Notes: generated by a model not told the origin, from the letters alone. Positions 31,996 to 42,584 are shown, counted from the first letter of the stretch. The stretch: DNA of 64,000 bases from Myxococcota bacterium (GCA_036229005.1 JAZAMN010000011.1:32001-96000); one strand, 5' to 3'. Numbers and translations: made by a program.

Positions 31996-34932
31996 TCAGT
32001 CCTCGAAGGCGTCGATCAGCAGGTCCAGTGAGACCGGCTCCGGGCGGTCCCGACCCGAGAGGGTCAGGGTCTCGTCGCTGGCCGGGGAGAAGCGCTCGCG
32101 GATCTTGTCGCGGGCGAAGGCCAGGTGGGCCTCGGTGGGCTCGTCCAGGACGTAGCGGTGCACGTCGACCAGGGTGCTGCCGTAGGCGCGGCCAAAGATG
32201 AAGCCGCCCTCGGCGGGCACCACCACGTAGCCCTGGAAGAGGAAGTCCAGGTCCGCGCGCGAGATCGTGGGCTGCTCGGGGACCGAGGGCTCCGGTTCGG
32301 GCTCGGGCACCGCCACCTCGACCACATCCAGGTCCAGGCCCAGATCGGGGAAGGCCGGGGCGTCCTCGCCGATGCTCAGGGGCTCCGGCTCGCGCCCGAG
32401 GGAGAGATCGTCGTCGGTGAGGTCCCCCAGGTCGACGTCCGAGAACTCCACCCCATCGGCGGGGTTCAGGGAGTCGATGATCTCCAGGAGCGAGTCGGTG
32501 TTGGAGGGGCCGTCCTCGTCGGGAGGCGGCAGGTAGAAGGGCTGCCCCAGATCCACCTGCTCGGGCTCGGAGGGGGCGCTGGGCTCCCACCCGTCGTCGG
32601 AGGCCTCGTCCCAGTCTTCGAAGCCGTCCAGGGAGTCGCCCAGCATGTCGAAGGTGTGCAGCGCCTCTGCGGGAGCGACCGCGCTGCCCGCCTCGTGGGC
32701 CTCCAGGAGCTCGGAGTCCTCGTCGTCCTCGATCTCGAACTCCATCTCCACCTCGCTCTCCTCGTCGTCGCTGTCCTCGGGAAAGCTGTCCTCGGGGAAG
32801 CTGGGCTCAGGGAAGCTGGGCTCGGGGTTGGACAGCTCCAGCGGGCCGTCCAGGGAGTCGTCGGAGGGGAAGCTGAATCCGCTGGGAGAGGAGAGCGCCG
32901 GGATGACCGGCCGCTGCCGCTCGACGGGTGGGTCCACCTCGATGGACTCCGTGTCCTCTCCGTTCAGGTCAAAGCCGCTGTCCGTCAGCGAGGTCTCCAG
33001 TCCGTCGCTCAGGTCCGCATCCAGGCTCGCGGACAGGTCCGCGTCGAAGCTGCTGGACAGGCCCGCGTCCAGCTCCGTGTCCAGGGTGACGCCCAGGATG
33101 GACTCGTCGGAGCCCAGCACGTCCTGGGAGAAGGGCTCCAGGACCACCTCGTCCTCTGTGGCGGGGTCCTGGTTGGAGGTCAACTCCGTGTCGTCATCCA
33201 GGGGGGGCATGCCCAGCAGGTCGTAGGAGACCGCCTCGCCCAGGTCCTCCAGAGAGGCGGCCTCGACCGGGGGCTCGTCGCCCTCGATGGCCCCGACCAG
33301 GCCTTCGCTCCAGTCCGCCGGCGGTCCCTCGTCCGCGTCCTCCTCCACGGAGACCGGGGTCGGGTTGAAGGGGTCGAACACCGGACCGGTGGAGTCTTCG
33401 TCCACGGTCTGGACCTCGTCATCCCAGAGGCTGCCCGCGGCCCCGCCGCCCCCCAGCACGGCCTCGACCGGAGGGCCAGCGAGCACGAGCCGATGGCCAC
33501 ACCAGCCCCCCACCAGCGGCCCCTCGACCCGGGCCAGGTGGAAGGCCTCGCTGAGCTGCACCGAGCCCAGGCTGCCGATCTGCAGATCCAGGCGCTCCAT
33601 CCGCTCGGTCAGCAGCGCCTCGAAGCTGCGGGCAGCGGGCTCGTCACTGAACGCGGCCAGGAAGGGGGGGCCGCCTCGCTGAACGCGCCCCCCGAGCTCC
33701 AGCGCCTGGGACTCAAGCTGCTCCCAGATGCGCCCGAGCGCGGCCAGCCCCCCGAGCGCCCGCGGGTCCGCCACGAGCTGGTTGGCCTGCTGACCCAAGC
33801 GCACCCCCACGACGTGGGCGTGGGCAGCCTCATCCAGGCTGGAGGGCACCAGCAGCTCCAGCAATGGCGCGGAGACCTCCGAGCCGCCGCTGCGCCACCG
33901 CCCCGCCCGCCGCTCGACCGGCAGCAGGCTGGAGGCCAGCGCGCTGATCAGGTCCAGGCGCCGGCAGGCCTCGACCACGTCCATCAAGCCGGTGGTCGCG
34001 GCGACCGCAGCGGGCCCGAGCAGGGCGGACGCCTCGCGAGCGCTGAGCCCCTGCGCCTGGAGCTGCTGCTGGGTGACCAGCGCGGGCAGCAGGGAGAGCC
34101 CCAGCCCCAGGCTGCGCCGGTGGAGCATGAGCCCGTCGATGGAGCGGCCCTCAGCAGCCTCTGCGCGCAGGATGGCCCCGGCGGCGGAGTCCTGCGCCAT
34201 CCCCTCTTCGAGCGCCGCGCGCCCTGCGGCCCAGGCCGCCCGCAGCGTGGCGTCGGCGGTGGGCTGCTCCAGCACGCGCGCCACCAGGACCAGATCCCGG
34301 GGGAGCTCCAGGTTGCTCGCCCGCAGCACCAGGGGCAGGCGGCTGGCCACCAGGCTCTGGTAGAGGCGCCCCGGCCGCGCGAGGCCCTTGGTGAGGGCGT
34401 ATGCGGCGCCCAGGCGCACCTGGATCGAGAAGGCCAGGCCGCTGAGCAGCTCGCCCCGAGCTTCCGGGGTCTGGGAGGCCAGCCACCCCAGGTCGGCGTC
34501 CAAGCCGTCCTGCTGCACCCGATCCAGCAGCTCCCGGTCCCGGGCGAACACGCCGCTGGAGAGGCGCACCAGCTCGAGCAGCACCAGGCTCTGGGCCGGG
34601 CGGCCGAAGGGGGCGCTCTCGACCAGCAGCTCCGCGAGCTCCCGGACCAGCGCGTCCTGCTTGAGGACCTGGGGCTGGAGCTCGCGCAGGTCCTCGTTGA
34701 CCTCGCCGGCGCGAGCGGCCTTGAGGCGGGTGGCGATCAGACGGCTGACCGGACGGTATAGACGGGATGTGAAGCCGCAAGGCGCCAGCACCTCCTCGCT
34801 CGCTTGGACCCGAACCGAGACCAGCTCGGGCATCTCCGCGAGCAGGTTGGGGACGAGCACCAGCGCCTCTTCGACCCGGGAGAGCCAGCGGGCGTGGGCG
34901 AGCGCAGCTTTCAGGGAACGCAGAGCGTCCAT
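31996..34932 (-). CDS. Large hypothetical protein with ~390-aa acidic disordered linker
   Basis: Long GC-biased ORF: helical N-half, possible degenerate cyclase-like segment, D/E/P/S-rich linker and small C-terminal domain. Confidence 0.7.
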   Translation of the reverse strand: MDALRSLKAALAHARWLSRVEEALVLVPNLLAEMPELVSVRVQASEEVLAPCGFTSRLYRPVSRLIATRLKAARAGEVNEDLRELQPQVLKQDALVRELAELLVESAPFGRPAQSLVLLELVRLSSGVFARDRELLDRVQQDGLDADLGWLASQTPEARGELLSGLAFSIQVRLGAAYALTKGLARPGRLYQSLVASRLPLVLRASNLELPRDLVLVARVLEQPTADATLRAAWAAGRAALEEGMAQDSAAGAILRAEAAEGRSIDGLMLHRRSLGLGLSLLPALVTQQQLQAQGLSAREASALLGPAAVAATTGLMDVVEACRRLDLISALASSLLPVERRAGRWRSGGSEVSAPLLELLVPSSLDEAAHAHVVGVRLGQQANQLVADPRALGGLAALGRIWEQLESQALELGGRVQRGGPPFLAAFSDEPAARSFEALLTERMERLDLQIGSLGSVQLSEAFHLARVEGPLVGGWCGHRLVLAGPPVEAVLGGGGAAGSLWDDEVQTVDEDSTGPVFDPFNPTPVSVEEDADEGPPADWSEGLVGAIEGDEPPVEAASLEDLGEAVSYDLLGMPPLDDDTELTSNQDPATEDEVVLEPFSQDVLGSDESILGVTLDTELDAGLSSSFDADLSASLDADLSDGLETSLTDSGFDLNGEDTESIEVDPPVERQRPVIPALSSPSGFSFPSDDSLDGPLELSNPEPSFPEPSFPEDSFPEDSDDEESEVEMEFEIEDDEDSELLEAHEAGSAVAPAEALHTFDMLGDSLDGFEDWDEASDDGWEPSAPSEPEQVDLGQPFYLPPPDEDGPSNTDSLLEIIDSLNPADGVEFSDVDLGDLTDDDLSLGREPEPLSIGEDAPAFPDLGLDLDVVEVAVPEPEPEPSVPEQPTISRADLDFLFQGYVVVPAEGGFIFGRAYGSTLVDVHRYVLDEPTEAHLAFARDKIRERFSPASDETLTLSGRDRPEPVSLDLLIDAFED

Positions 34933-35001
34933 TCCGGACAACCTCAAGACAACCCGGGGACCATAGCACCCGGGCCCCGGACGGAGGATCCTGCCCCGGT
35001 C

Positions 35002-36270
35002 TCAGTCCCGCAACAAGGGGCCCTCGAGGCCGGAGCTGGCGGGCAGGTGCAGCCAGAGAAGGCCCATGGGGCGCTGCTTGACGGCCACCATCGGGTAGGG
35101 CTGCAGGGCGCCGTCCCGGAACACGAAGGGGTAGCCGACGCCGATGGGCTCCTCGTCGTGAGGGCGGAACACCAGGGTGTTGGCCTGGTCCACCAGGCAC
35201 TCGTCCAGATCCGGGAGGGTGGACTTGGACTCTTCGATGTAGGCCCCCTGCGCGTTGCCATCGGGGGCGATGAAGAAGGTCACCTTGACCACCCCCACCT
35301 GGGTGCGCCCACGCGCCGACGAGAAGGTGTAGCACTGCTCGAAGCGGGCGAGCTGCTCGCTGAGGGTGGCGTGGATCTCGTCGGGCTCGATGTAGAGGGG
35401 CAGGTTCTGGGCGTCGGTCTCCGCGGTGCCCCGCCGGTAGAGTTCGGTGTCCACGGGGAGCGCTTGTCCGGGGGCCGGCTCGCTCTCGTGGACCTGGACG
35501 GTCAGGTGCTGGATCTGCTCGATCCACGCGCCGCTGTCGTAGTCCAACCGCAGCTCCCGCTCCCAGTCGACCTGGTGCCGGAGCACGGTGGCGTCGGCCA
35601 CGTTGACGCTGACCTCGCCGCTCGCGGTCCCGCCCACGCTCATCCGCGCGCCCACGGGGGTGTCCATGCCCCGGCCGTCCAGCTTGCCCTGGTAGCTGAG
35701 GGTGGCGTGCTCGAAGTTCCGCTCCAGCCCGGTCCACTCGGCCTGCAGGTTGGTGTGCAGGTTTCGCTGCCGGGCGACCTCGAAGGGCCAGGTCTGCCGT
35801 CGCCACCCCGAAGCGCCGGCCTCAAGGTCGGGGACCACCGGCGAGATGGCGAAGAAGAGGGCGTCCAGGGTCTCCCCGTGGCGGCCGGGGCCGGAGATGT
35901 GGGCGGCGTTGCGAAGCTGCAGGATCTCGCCGGTCTCGAAGCCGCGCAGCTCCAGGCTCTTGCCGGAGAGCTCCGAGCGCGTCCAGGGGCCCTCGGGGCT
36001 GTCGGCCTGCTCGACGGGGCCAAAGCGCAGCACCCAGCCGATGCTGTCGTCCGAGAAGCGCCGAACCCGGTAGCGGGCCACGCTCCCTCGCAGCGCGCTC
36101 TCCATCTGGGCGTAGGGCGCCAGGGCCTCCAGCGGCTCACCGTCACGCTCCCCGGTGGTCGTGAAGCTGCCCTGGACCTCGAAGGTCCAGACGGGAGCGG
36201 TCGTGGTCGTGGTGACGGACGGGCGGCCAGCGCAGCCCAGGGCGAAGGCGCCCAGCACGGAAGCAAGCAT
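35002..36270 (-). CDS. Lipoprotein with AgmX/PglI-type (TonB C-like) C-terminal domain
   Basis: FALGC lipobox; FEQCY...GVVKVTFFIAPDG...STL...LDECL...FRP...VGYPFVF. Confidence 0.75.
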   Translation of the reverse strand: MLASVLGAFALGCAGRPSVTTTTTAPVWTFEVQGSFTTTGERDGEPLEALAPYAQMESALRGSVARYRVRRFSDDSIGWVLRFGPVEQADSPEGPWTRSELSGKSLELRGFETGEILQLRNAAHISGPGRHGETLDALFFAISPVVPDLEAGASGWRRQTWPFEVARQRNLHTNLQAEWTGLERNFEHATLSYQGKLDGRGMDTPVGARMSVGGTASGEVSVNVADATVLRHQVDWERELRLDYDSGAWIEQIQHLTVQVHESEPAPGQALPVDTELYRRGTAETDAQNLPLYIEPDEIHATLSEQLARFEQCYTFSSARGRTQVGVVKVTFFIAPDGNAQGAYIEESKSTLPDLDECLVDQANTLVFRPHDEEPIGVGYPFVFRDGALQPYPMVAVKQRPMGLLWLHLPASSGLEGPLLRD

Positions 36271-36314
36271 GGTCTCTCCATAGCCAGTGGACGCGCCGGG
36301 AGCCCTCGGGGTTA

Positions 36315-36869
36315 ATGGCGCGCATGGCTGTGTTTGTCCTGCTGGCCGCCGGGAGCTCGGCCCGAATGGGTCGCCCAAAGGCCCTGCTCCCCCACCCCGC
36401 CGGCGCGCCGATGGCCCGGGTGTGGCTGGATCGCGCGAGAGCGGCCGGGCTCCACAAGCGGGTGGTCGTGGGGGGCGCGGATCCCCAGGCGCTGCGGGCT
36501 CTGCTTGAGGAGGAGGAGCTCTGGGTCCACAACCCGCAGTGGTCCACCACCAAGATGCGGGAGTCCCTGATGCTCGCCGCCGAGCTCTGCCCCGGCGAGG
36601 ACATGCTGTTCACGCCCGTGGACGTGCCGCCGTGCAGCGTTCAGGCCCTCGGTGACCTCGCCGGCACCCAGGGGGCCGCGGTGTTGGGGCACCACGGGGC
36701 GCCAGGACATCCGGCCCGGATCCCGGGGGGCCGGGATCTGGCCTCCTTCCCCACCCTCAGACCGCACCTAAAGGGGGCCCATGTGGTCGAGGGCGGGCCC
36801 GACTGCCTGCTGAACCTGAACCACCCGGCCGACTACGCGGCCTGGTTCACTCGCGCAGCCAGAGGGTGA
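36315..36869 (+). CDS. MocA/MobA-like NTP transferase
   Basis: LLAAGSSARMGRPKALL, PVDVP, GHP, NLNHPADY. Confidence 0.8.
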   Translation: MARMAVFVLLAAGSSARMGRPKALLPHPAGAPMARVWLDRARAAGLHKRVVVGGADPQALRALLEEEELWVHNPQWSTTKMRESLMLAAELCPGEDMLFTPVDVPPCSVQALGDLAGTQGAAVLGHHGAPGHPARIPGGRDLASFPTLRPHLKGAHVVEGGPDCLLNLNHPADYAAWFTRAARG

Positions 36870-37314
36870 CGGTGGACTCGGCGATCGCGGTGTCGCCGTC
36901 GATGTCGGTGGCCTCGACCACCAAGCGGGCCTCCTGGCCGACCAGGGCCTCCAGGTCTTGGGCCTCCTGGTAGTCGGGGTGGTCGATGGGGGTCGCGGTG
37001 CCCCACATCAGGCCGGAGCCGTCCTCCTGGCAGTAGACGAGCATGTCCTCGTAGAGGTACTCGCCGATCACCTCTCCGCCGACCTCGGTGCGCATGTCCA
37101 GGTCCACGAAGTTGTTGGCGACCAGCCCCAGGCTGCGGGCGCGGAAGGTCACGCCAAAGCCACCCTGGGGCGGGGTGATGATCTCGACCTCCTGCCCGTC
37201 CTCGAATGGGGTGAACTCGGTGCCCGAGCCCTCCCCCAGCTCCATCGAGCTGGCTCCCCGGCCAGCGCAGAGCTGCTCCGGCGTCCAACATGCGACCAGC
37301 AAAGTCCAGATCAT
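36847..37314 (-). CDS. Hypothetical lipoprotein
   Basis: MIWTLLVAC, GAGGA SD, PQGGF motif. Confidence 0.7.
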   Translation of the reverse strand: MIWTLLVACWTPEQLCAGRGASSMELGEGSGTEFTPFEDGQEVEIITPPQGGFGVTFRARSLGLVANNFVDLDMRTEVGGEVIGEYLYEDMLVYCQEDGSGLMWGTATPIDHPDYQEAQDLEALVGQEARLVVEATDIDGDTAIAESTVTLWLRE

Positions 37315-37392
37315 CGCGTCCTCAGGCTGCCCTGCCCCAGACCCTACCCGGGTGGGGGCGGAGCCGCGAGGGGCGATGGGGGACCAATGCGC

Positions 37393-38241
37393 TCAGCCGC
37401 TGACCTGGGCCTTGACCCACGCCTGCATCTCCTCGCGGGGCATGTGCGAGGAGCGCTTCTGCTGGCTGGAGTCGAAGGAGTAGACGCTGGAGGGGCAGTC
37501 CTCGTTCTTGGAGGGGAAGGTCTTCTCGGCGAGCACCTTGCCGCTGCGCCGCCCGAAGACCTGGACCTTGGCGTCCTGGACCTGGAGGATCACGGGGCTG
37601 GTGGGGTTGCCGGCCTCGTCGACGTAGCCGTCGCAGGTGATCTCCTTGACGGTCACGCGCTGAACGAAGGCCAGAGCGTCGAGCTCGCCGATGGTCTGGG
37701 CCATCCCCAGCACCACCTCGTCGTAGCCGTTGTCGTAGTAGATGGCCTTGATCTGCTCGGGGTCGGCGTTGGTCTCGCCGTGAAAGAGGACGGGACCCCG
37801 CTTCGCGGCCTCCACCAGGTCCTCGCCGGGGAAGTAGACGGTCTGGTCGGGCACCGGGACGCTGAAGGCCTGCCCGCCCGGAGGGGTCACCTGGAGGGTC
37901 AGGCCGCCGAGAGTGCCGGTGTTCCAGGAGCTCTCGTTGGGAGCGGGCAGCTTGATGCTGTTGAAGTACGCGAACGCGGAGACGTCGGCCTTCATGCGGC
38001 CCTCGGCGTCCGCGCTGACCGTGGTGTCGCCGACCAGGAGCTCGGTCCCGGGGGGGAAACCGAAGAAGTAGACGCTGAGCTCTCCGTCGCTGAGGCTGAC
38101 GCTGCCGCGCATCTCGTCCTCCCCCTGGACCTCGAAGCGATCGTCGGACCAGACGAAGGCCTCGGGGCCGGTGAGGAACTGAGCGCGCTCCTGCAGGGGG
38201 GTGCTGCATGCGGTGAAGGTGGCGAGGGCGAGTAGGCTCAT
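37393..38241 (-). CDS. Hypothetical lipoprotein
   Basis: AGGAG SD, MSLLALATFTAC, strong GC3 codon bias. Confidence 0.75.
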   Translation of the reverse strand: MSLLALATFTACSTPLQERAQFLTGPEAFVWSDDRFEVQGEDEMRGSVSLSDGELSVYFFGFPPGTELLVGDTTVSADAEGRMKADVSAFAYFNSIKLPAPNESSWNTGTLGGLTLQVTPPGGQAFSVPVPDQTVYFPGEDLVEAAKRGPVLFHGETNADPEQIKAIYYDNGYDEVVLGMAQTIGELDALAFVQRVTVKEITCDGYVDEAGNPTSPVILQVQDAKVQVFGRRSGKVLAEKTFPSKNEDCPSSVYSFDSSQQKRSSHMPREEMQAWVKAQVSG

Positions 38242-38406
38242 CGGGGGACTCCTGGGGGTGCGGCGTCTAACGAGTCCTGGGCGGGACGCTTACAGGAGAT
38301 TTGGGGCCGGGCGTCAGGTCTGGCGCGTGTCTGTCTTGGTGCCAAGCCGTAGCGAGAACCCCGACCCCGGGTGGTAGAAAGGGGGCCACTTCTCCCGGAG
38401 AGACCC

Positions 38407-41400
38407 ATGACCTCCCTGTTGATCCACCTGGCCCTGGTCGGCACCGCCTCGGCGGCAGACCTGACCATCGACGGCACGACCCAGACCCTGGACGGCACCC
38501 AGAGCTACGACAACATCTACGTGATCAACGGCGGCAGCCTGGTGGTCACGGACTACGATGGGACGGGCACCACCGGCACGGTCACCCTGGTCGCCGAGAC
38601 CGTCACCGTGGACAGCACCTCCTCCATCGTCGCCTCGGGGGCCGGCTACCGCGGCGTCACCAATGCCCAGGGCGAAGGCACCGGCGGCGGCACCGGCGGC
38701 AGCGCATTCCCGGACTCCGGCGGCGGCGGCGCCCACGGTGGTGACGGCGGCGACGGCGTCCAGGACGACAACCTGACGGCCGACGGACAGGGCGGCACCG
38801 CGTACGGTGACAGCAGCTCCTTGAGCGTGGACATGGGCTCGGCGGGCGGCTCCGCGGGCGGCGGCGACGGCGACACGGGCGGCGCTGGCGGCAATGGCGG
38901 CGGCTCCATCACCATCCAGGCCGACACCGTGACCATCGCCGGCACGATCATCACCAACGGCGACGACGGCGCGATCTACAACAACGACGCAGCGGGCGGC
39001 GGCGCCGGCGGTGGCGTGTTCATCCAGGCCGACACCCTGAGCTGCACCGGCACCATCACGGCTGCGGGCGGCGACGGCGGCGATATTGATGACAACGGCG
39101 GCGGCGGCGGCGGCGGCGTGGTCAAGCAGTTCTACGACACCAGCGGCACCACCTGCACCGTGGACGTGAGCGGCGGCACCGGCCCCGGGCGGGCCAGCGA
39201 CGGCTCCACGGGCATCGACTCCAGCGGCACCGTGGACTACGACGGCGACGGCTACACCGTGGCCGACGGCGACTGCGACCCCACCGACAGCAGCGTCAAC
39301 CCCGGCGCCACCGAGGTCTGGTACGACGGCGTGGACCAGGACTGCGACGGCGGCTCCGACTACGACCAGGACGGCGACGGCGAGGACTCCGACGCCTACG
39401 GCGGCGACGACTGCGACGACACCGACGCGGCCATCAACACCTCCGCGACCGAGATCGACGGCAACACCGTGGACGAGGACTGCGACGACGTCCTGGGCGG
39501 CTACGACTCCGACGGGGACGGCCTGGACGACGACGACGAGGTCTACGTCTACGGCACGGATCCCTTCGACGCGGACACCGACGGCGAGGGCCTGACCGAC
39601 GGCGAAGAGGTGCTGACCTACGGCACCGACCCCCTGGACAAGAACAGCGACGACGACGGCCTGAACGACTACCGTGAGGTGGTCACCGAGGGCACGGATC
39701 CCAACGACGCCGACTCCGACGACGACGGCCTGACCGACGGCGAGGAGGTCAAGAAGCACGGCACCGACCCCAACGACGACGACACCGACGGTGACAGCCT
39801 CAGCGACGGCGAAGAGGTCAACACCTACGGCACCGATCCCCTGCTCGCCGACACGGACGGGGATGGGCTGGATGATGATGACGAGCTCCTCGTCTACACC
39901 ACCGATCCTCTGGATGCGGACACGGACGGAGAGGGCCTGGATGATGGGGACGAGGTCAACGTACACGGGACCGACCCCCTCCTCGCCGACACCGACTCCG
40001 ACGGCTGCGACGACGCCACCGAGGTGGCCGCCGGCTCCGATCCCCTGCTGACCGACACCGACGGCGACGGGGTGGACGACTGCAGCGAGATCAGCGACGG
40101 CACCGACCCCACCGACTCCGACTCCGACGGCGACGGCCTGAGCGACGGCGAAGAGGACACCCTGGGCACCGACCCCACGGACTCCGACACCGACAACGAC
40201 GGCCTGAGCGACGGCGAGGAGGTCAACACCACCGGGACCGACCCCGTGGACGCCGACTCCGACGACGACGGCCTGGACGACGGCGAGGAGGTCAACACCC
40301 ACGGCACCGATCCCAACGTCGCCGACACCGACGGTGACGGCCTGAGCGACGGCGACGAGGTCGACTCCCACGGCACCGATCCCAACGACGCTGACACCGA
40401 CGGCGACGGCCTGGACGACGGCGACGAGGTCAACACCCACGGCACCGACCCCACCAGCGCCGACAGCGACAGCGACGGCCTGGACGACGGCGAGGAGGTC
40501 AACACCTACGGGACCGACCCCAACCTGGCCGACACCGACGGCGGCGGCGTGGGCGACGGCGCCGAGGTCACCGCGGGCACCGATCCCCTGGACGCCAGCG
40601 ACGACGTGGCCAGCGACGACAGCGACGGTGATGGCCTGAGCGACGACGAAGAGGCCGCGCTGGGCACGGATCCCCTGGACCCCGACAGCGACGGCGACGG
40701 CCTGGAGGACGGCGACGAGGTCTACACCCACGGCACCGATCCCAGCGACGCGGACACCGACAACGACGGCCTGGACGACGGCGAGGAGGTCCTCAGCGAG
40801 GGCACCGATCCGCTGGACGCCGACACCGACGGTGACGGGCTCGAGGACGGCGAGGAGGTCGACTCCTACGGCACCGACCCCCTGGACGCCGACACCGACG
40901 GCGACGGCCTGGACGACGCCGAGGAGGTCGACACCTACGGCACCGATCCCCTGGACGACGACAGCGACGACGACGGCCTGGGCGACGGCGAGGAGGCCCT
41001 GACCACCGACACGGATCCCCTCTCGGCGGACACCGACGGCGACGGCCTGGACGACGGCGAGGAGGTCAACACCTACGGCACAGACCCCAAGGACGAGGAC
41101 ACCGACAACGGCGGCGTCTCCGACGGCGTGGAGGTGCTGGTCGACGGCACGGACCCCCTGGATCCCAGCGACGACGTGGCCGATGACGGGACCGATACCG
41201 ACGGTGACGGCCTCACCGACGTGGAGGAGGAGGCTCTGGGCACCGACCCCGGCAGCGCGGACAGCGACGGCGATGGCCTGAGCGACGGCGACGAGGTCGA
41301 CATCCACGGCACCGATCCCAACCGCGGCGACACCGACGGCGACGGCCTGAGCGACGGCGACGAGGTCAACACCCACGGCACCGATCCCCTCTCCGCCGAC

Positions 41401-42147
41401 AGCGACGGCGACGGCCTGGACGACGGCACCGAGGTCAACGACACCGGCACCGACCCCCTGGACCAGGACAGCGACGATGACGGCCTGACGGACGCCACCG
41501 AGGTGAACACCTACGGCACCGATCCCAACGACGCCGACAGCGACGACGACCTGCTGGAGGACGGCCGCGAGACCTTCGAGGTGGGCACGGATCCCCTGGA
41601 CTTCGACACCGACGACGGCGGCCGCGGCGACGGCGCCGAGGTGGACCAGGACGGGACCGATCCCTTCGATCCCTCCGACGACGTGAGCGATCGCGACGGC
41701 GACGGCGTCTCCGACTACGACGAGGAGAACACCTACGGCACCGACCCCGACAACGCCGACAGCGACGGGGATGGGCTCAGTGATGGCGACGAGATCTTCG
41801 TCCACACCACCGACCCTCTGGATAGCGACTCCGACGACGACGGCCTGAGTGACGGCGACGAGGTCAACGTCCACGGGACCGACCCGGGCGACAGCGACAC
41901 CGACGACGGCGGCGTCTCCGACGGCGACGAGGTCGACAACGGCACCGACCCGCTGGATGGCAGCGACGACGTCCCCGACACCAACACCCCCGACGACACC
42001 GGTGATACCGGAGAGGACGACCTGAACGGCCTCTACGCCGGCGGCGGCGGCGCGGGCTGCAGCAGCACTGGCGGGAGCGCTGGCGGCCTGCTGGGTGCCC
42101 TGGGCCTGCTGCTGGGCATGACCCTGCTGCGGCGCCGCCGGGACTGA
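38407..42147 (+). CDS. Large surface protein: Gly-rich domain, MopE-like Cys repeats, ~35 TSP3-like Ca-binding repeats, MYXO-CTERM-like tail
   Basis: Signal peptide; GGGAGGG blocks; DCDP...PGATEVWYDGVDQDCDG; D(S/T)DGDGLxDGxE...GTDP repeats; GCSS-TM-RRRRD. Confidence 0.9.
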   Translation: MTSLLIHLALVGTASAADLTIDGTTQTLDGTQSYDNIYVINGGSLVVTDYDGTGTTGTVTLVAETVTVDSTSSIVASGAGYRGVTNAQGEGTGGGTGGSAFPDSGGGGAHGGDGGDGVQDDNLTADGQGGTAYGDSSSLSVDMGSAGGSAGGGDGDTGGAGGNGGGSITIQADTVTIAGTIITNGDDGAIYNNDAAGGGAGGGVFIQADTLSCTGTITAAGGDGGDIDDNGGGGGGGVVKQFYDTSGTTCTVDVSGGTGPGRASDGSTGIDSSGTVDYDGDGYTVADGDCDPTDSSVNPGATEVWYDGVDQDCDGGSDYDQDGDGEDSDAYGGDDCDDTDAAINTSATEIDGNTVDEDCDDVLGGYDSDGDGLDDDDEVYVYGTDPFDADTDGEGLTDGEEVLTYGTDPLDKNSDDDGLNDYREVVTEGTDPNDADSDDDGLTDGEEVKKHGTDPNDDDTDGDSLSDGEEVNTYGTDPLLADTDGDGLDDDDELLVYTTDPLDADTDGEGLDDGDEVNVHGTDPLLADTDSDGCDDATEVAAGSDPLLTDTDGDGVDDCSEISDGTDPTDSDSDGDGLSDGEEDTLGTDPTDSDTDNDGLSDGEEVNTTGTDPVDADSDDDGLDDGEEVNTHGTDPNVADTDGDGLSDGDEVDSHGTDPNDADTDGDGLDDGDEVNTHGTDPTSADSDSDGLDDGEEVNTYGTDPNLADTDGGGVGDGAEVTAGTDPLDASDDVASDDSDGDGLSDDEEAALGTDPLDPDSDGDGLEDGDEVYTHGTDPSDADTDNDGLDDGEEVLSEGTDPLDADTDGDGLEDGEEVDSYGTDPLDADTDGDGLDDAEEVDTYGTDPLDDDSDDDGLGDGEEALTTDTDPLSADTDGDGLDDGEEVNTYGTDPKDEDTDNGGVSDGVEVLVDGTDPLDPSDDVADDGTDTDGDGLTDVEEEALGTDPGSADSDGDGLSDGDEVDIHGTDPNRGDTDGDGLSDGDEVNTHGTDPLSADSDGDGLDDGTEVNDTGTDPLDQDSDDDGLTDATEVNTYGTDPNDADSDDDLLEDGRETFEVGTDPLDFDTDDGGRGDGAEVDQDGTDPFDPSDDVSDRDGDGVSDYDEENTYGTDPDNADSDGDGLSDGDEIFVHTTDPLDSDSDDDGLSDGDEVNVHGTDPGDSDTDDGGVSDGDEVDNGTDPLDGSDDVPDTNTPDDTGDTGEDDLNGLYAGGGGAGCSSTGGSAGGLLGALGLLLGMTLLRRRRD

Positions 42148-42208
42148 GGCCTGGACGCGAGGCCTCCAGGGTTAGGGGATGCACATCCCCAAGGCTCTGG
42201 AGGCCCCG

Positions 42209-42544
42209 ATGACCACGCTGATCTGCACCAAGACCTGTAGCACCTGCCGCAAGGCCGTCGCCCTGCTCAACGAGAAGGGCGTCGCGTTCCAGTACCGGGA
42301 GTACACCAAGGAGCCCCTCAGCGTGGCTGAGCTGGAGGCGCTCTTTGAGCAGCTCGGGGTGGAGCCCAAGGCGCTGCTGCGCAGCCGCGATGCCAAGAAG
42401 TACGAGGTGTCCGCCGACCTGCCCGCAGACGCGCTGATCGCCAAGATGGCGGAGCTCCCCCGCCTGCTCCAGCGCCCGATCCTCCAGCACGAGGGCAAGG
42501 TGGCCGTGGGCCGCCCGGTGGAGAACATGCTCACCATCCTGTGA
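42209..42544 (+). CDS. ArsC/Spx/MgsR family protein
   Basis: GGAGG SD, CSTCRKA, LLQRPIL, VGRP. Confidence 0.85.
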   Translation: MTTLICTKTCSTCRKAVALLNEKGVAFQYREYTKEPLSVAELEALFEQLGVEPKALLRSRDAKKYEVSADLPADALIAKMAELPRLLQRPILQHEGKVAVGRPVENMLTIL

Positions 42545-42554
42545 GCTGAAGAAG

Positions 42555-42584
42555 GAAACCCCGCCGGGTGCCCGGCGGGGTTTC
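42555..42584. terminator. Bidirectional intrinsic terminator between the arsC-like gene and tRNA-Met
   Basis: GAAACCCCGCCGGG-TG-CCCGGCGGGGTTTC perfect inverted repeat. Confidence 0.8.

Noticed and set aside
41320..41635. RGD motifs in the repeat surface protein as integrin ligands
   Set aside because: Expected by chance in a G/D-rich repeat and not at conserved repeat positions.
38314..41874. 1186-aa minus-strand ORF
   Set aside because: Antisense shadow of the repeat surface protein, typical of high-GC codon bias.
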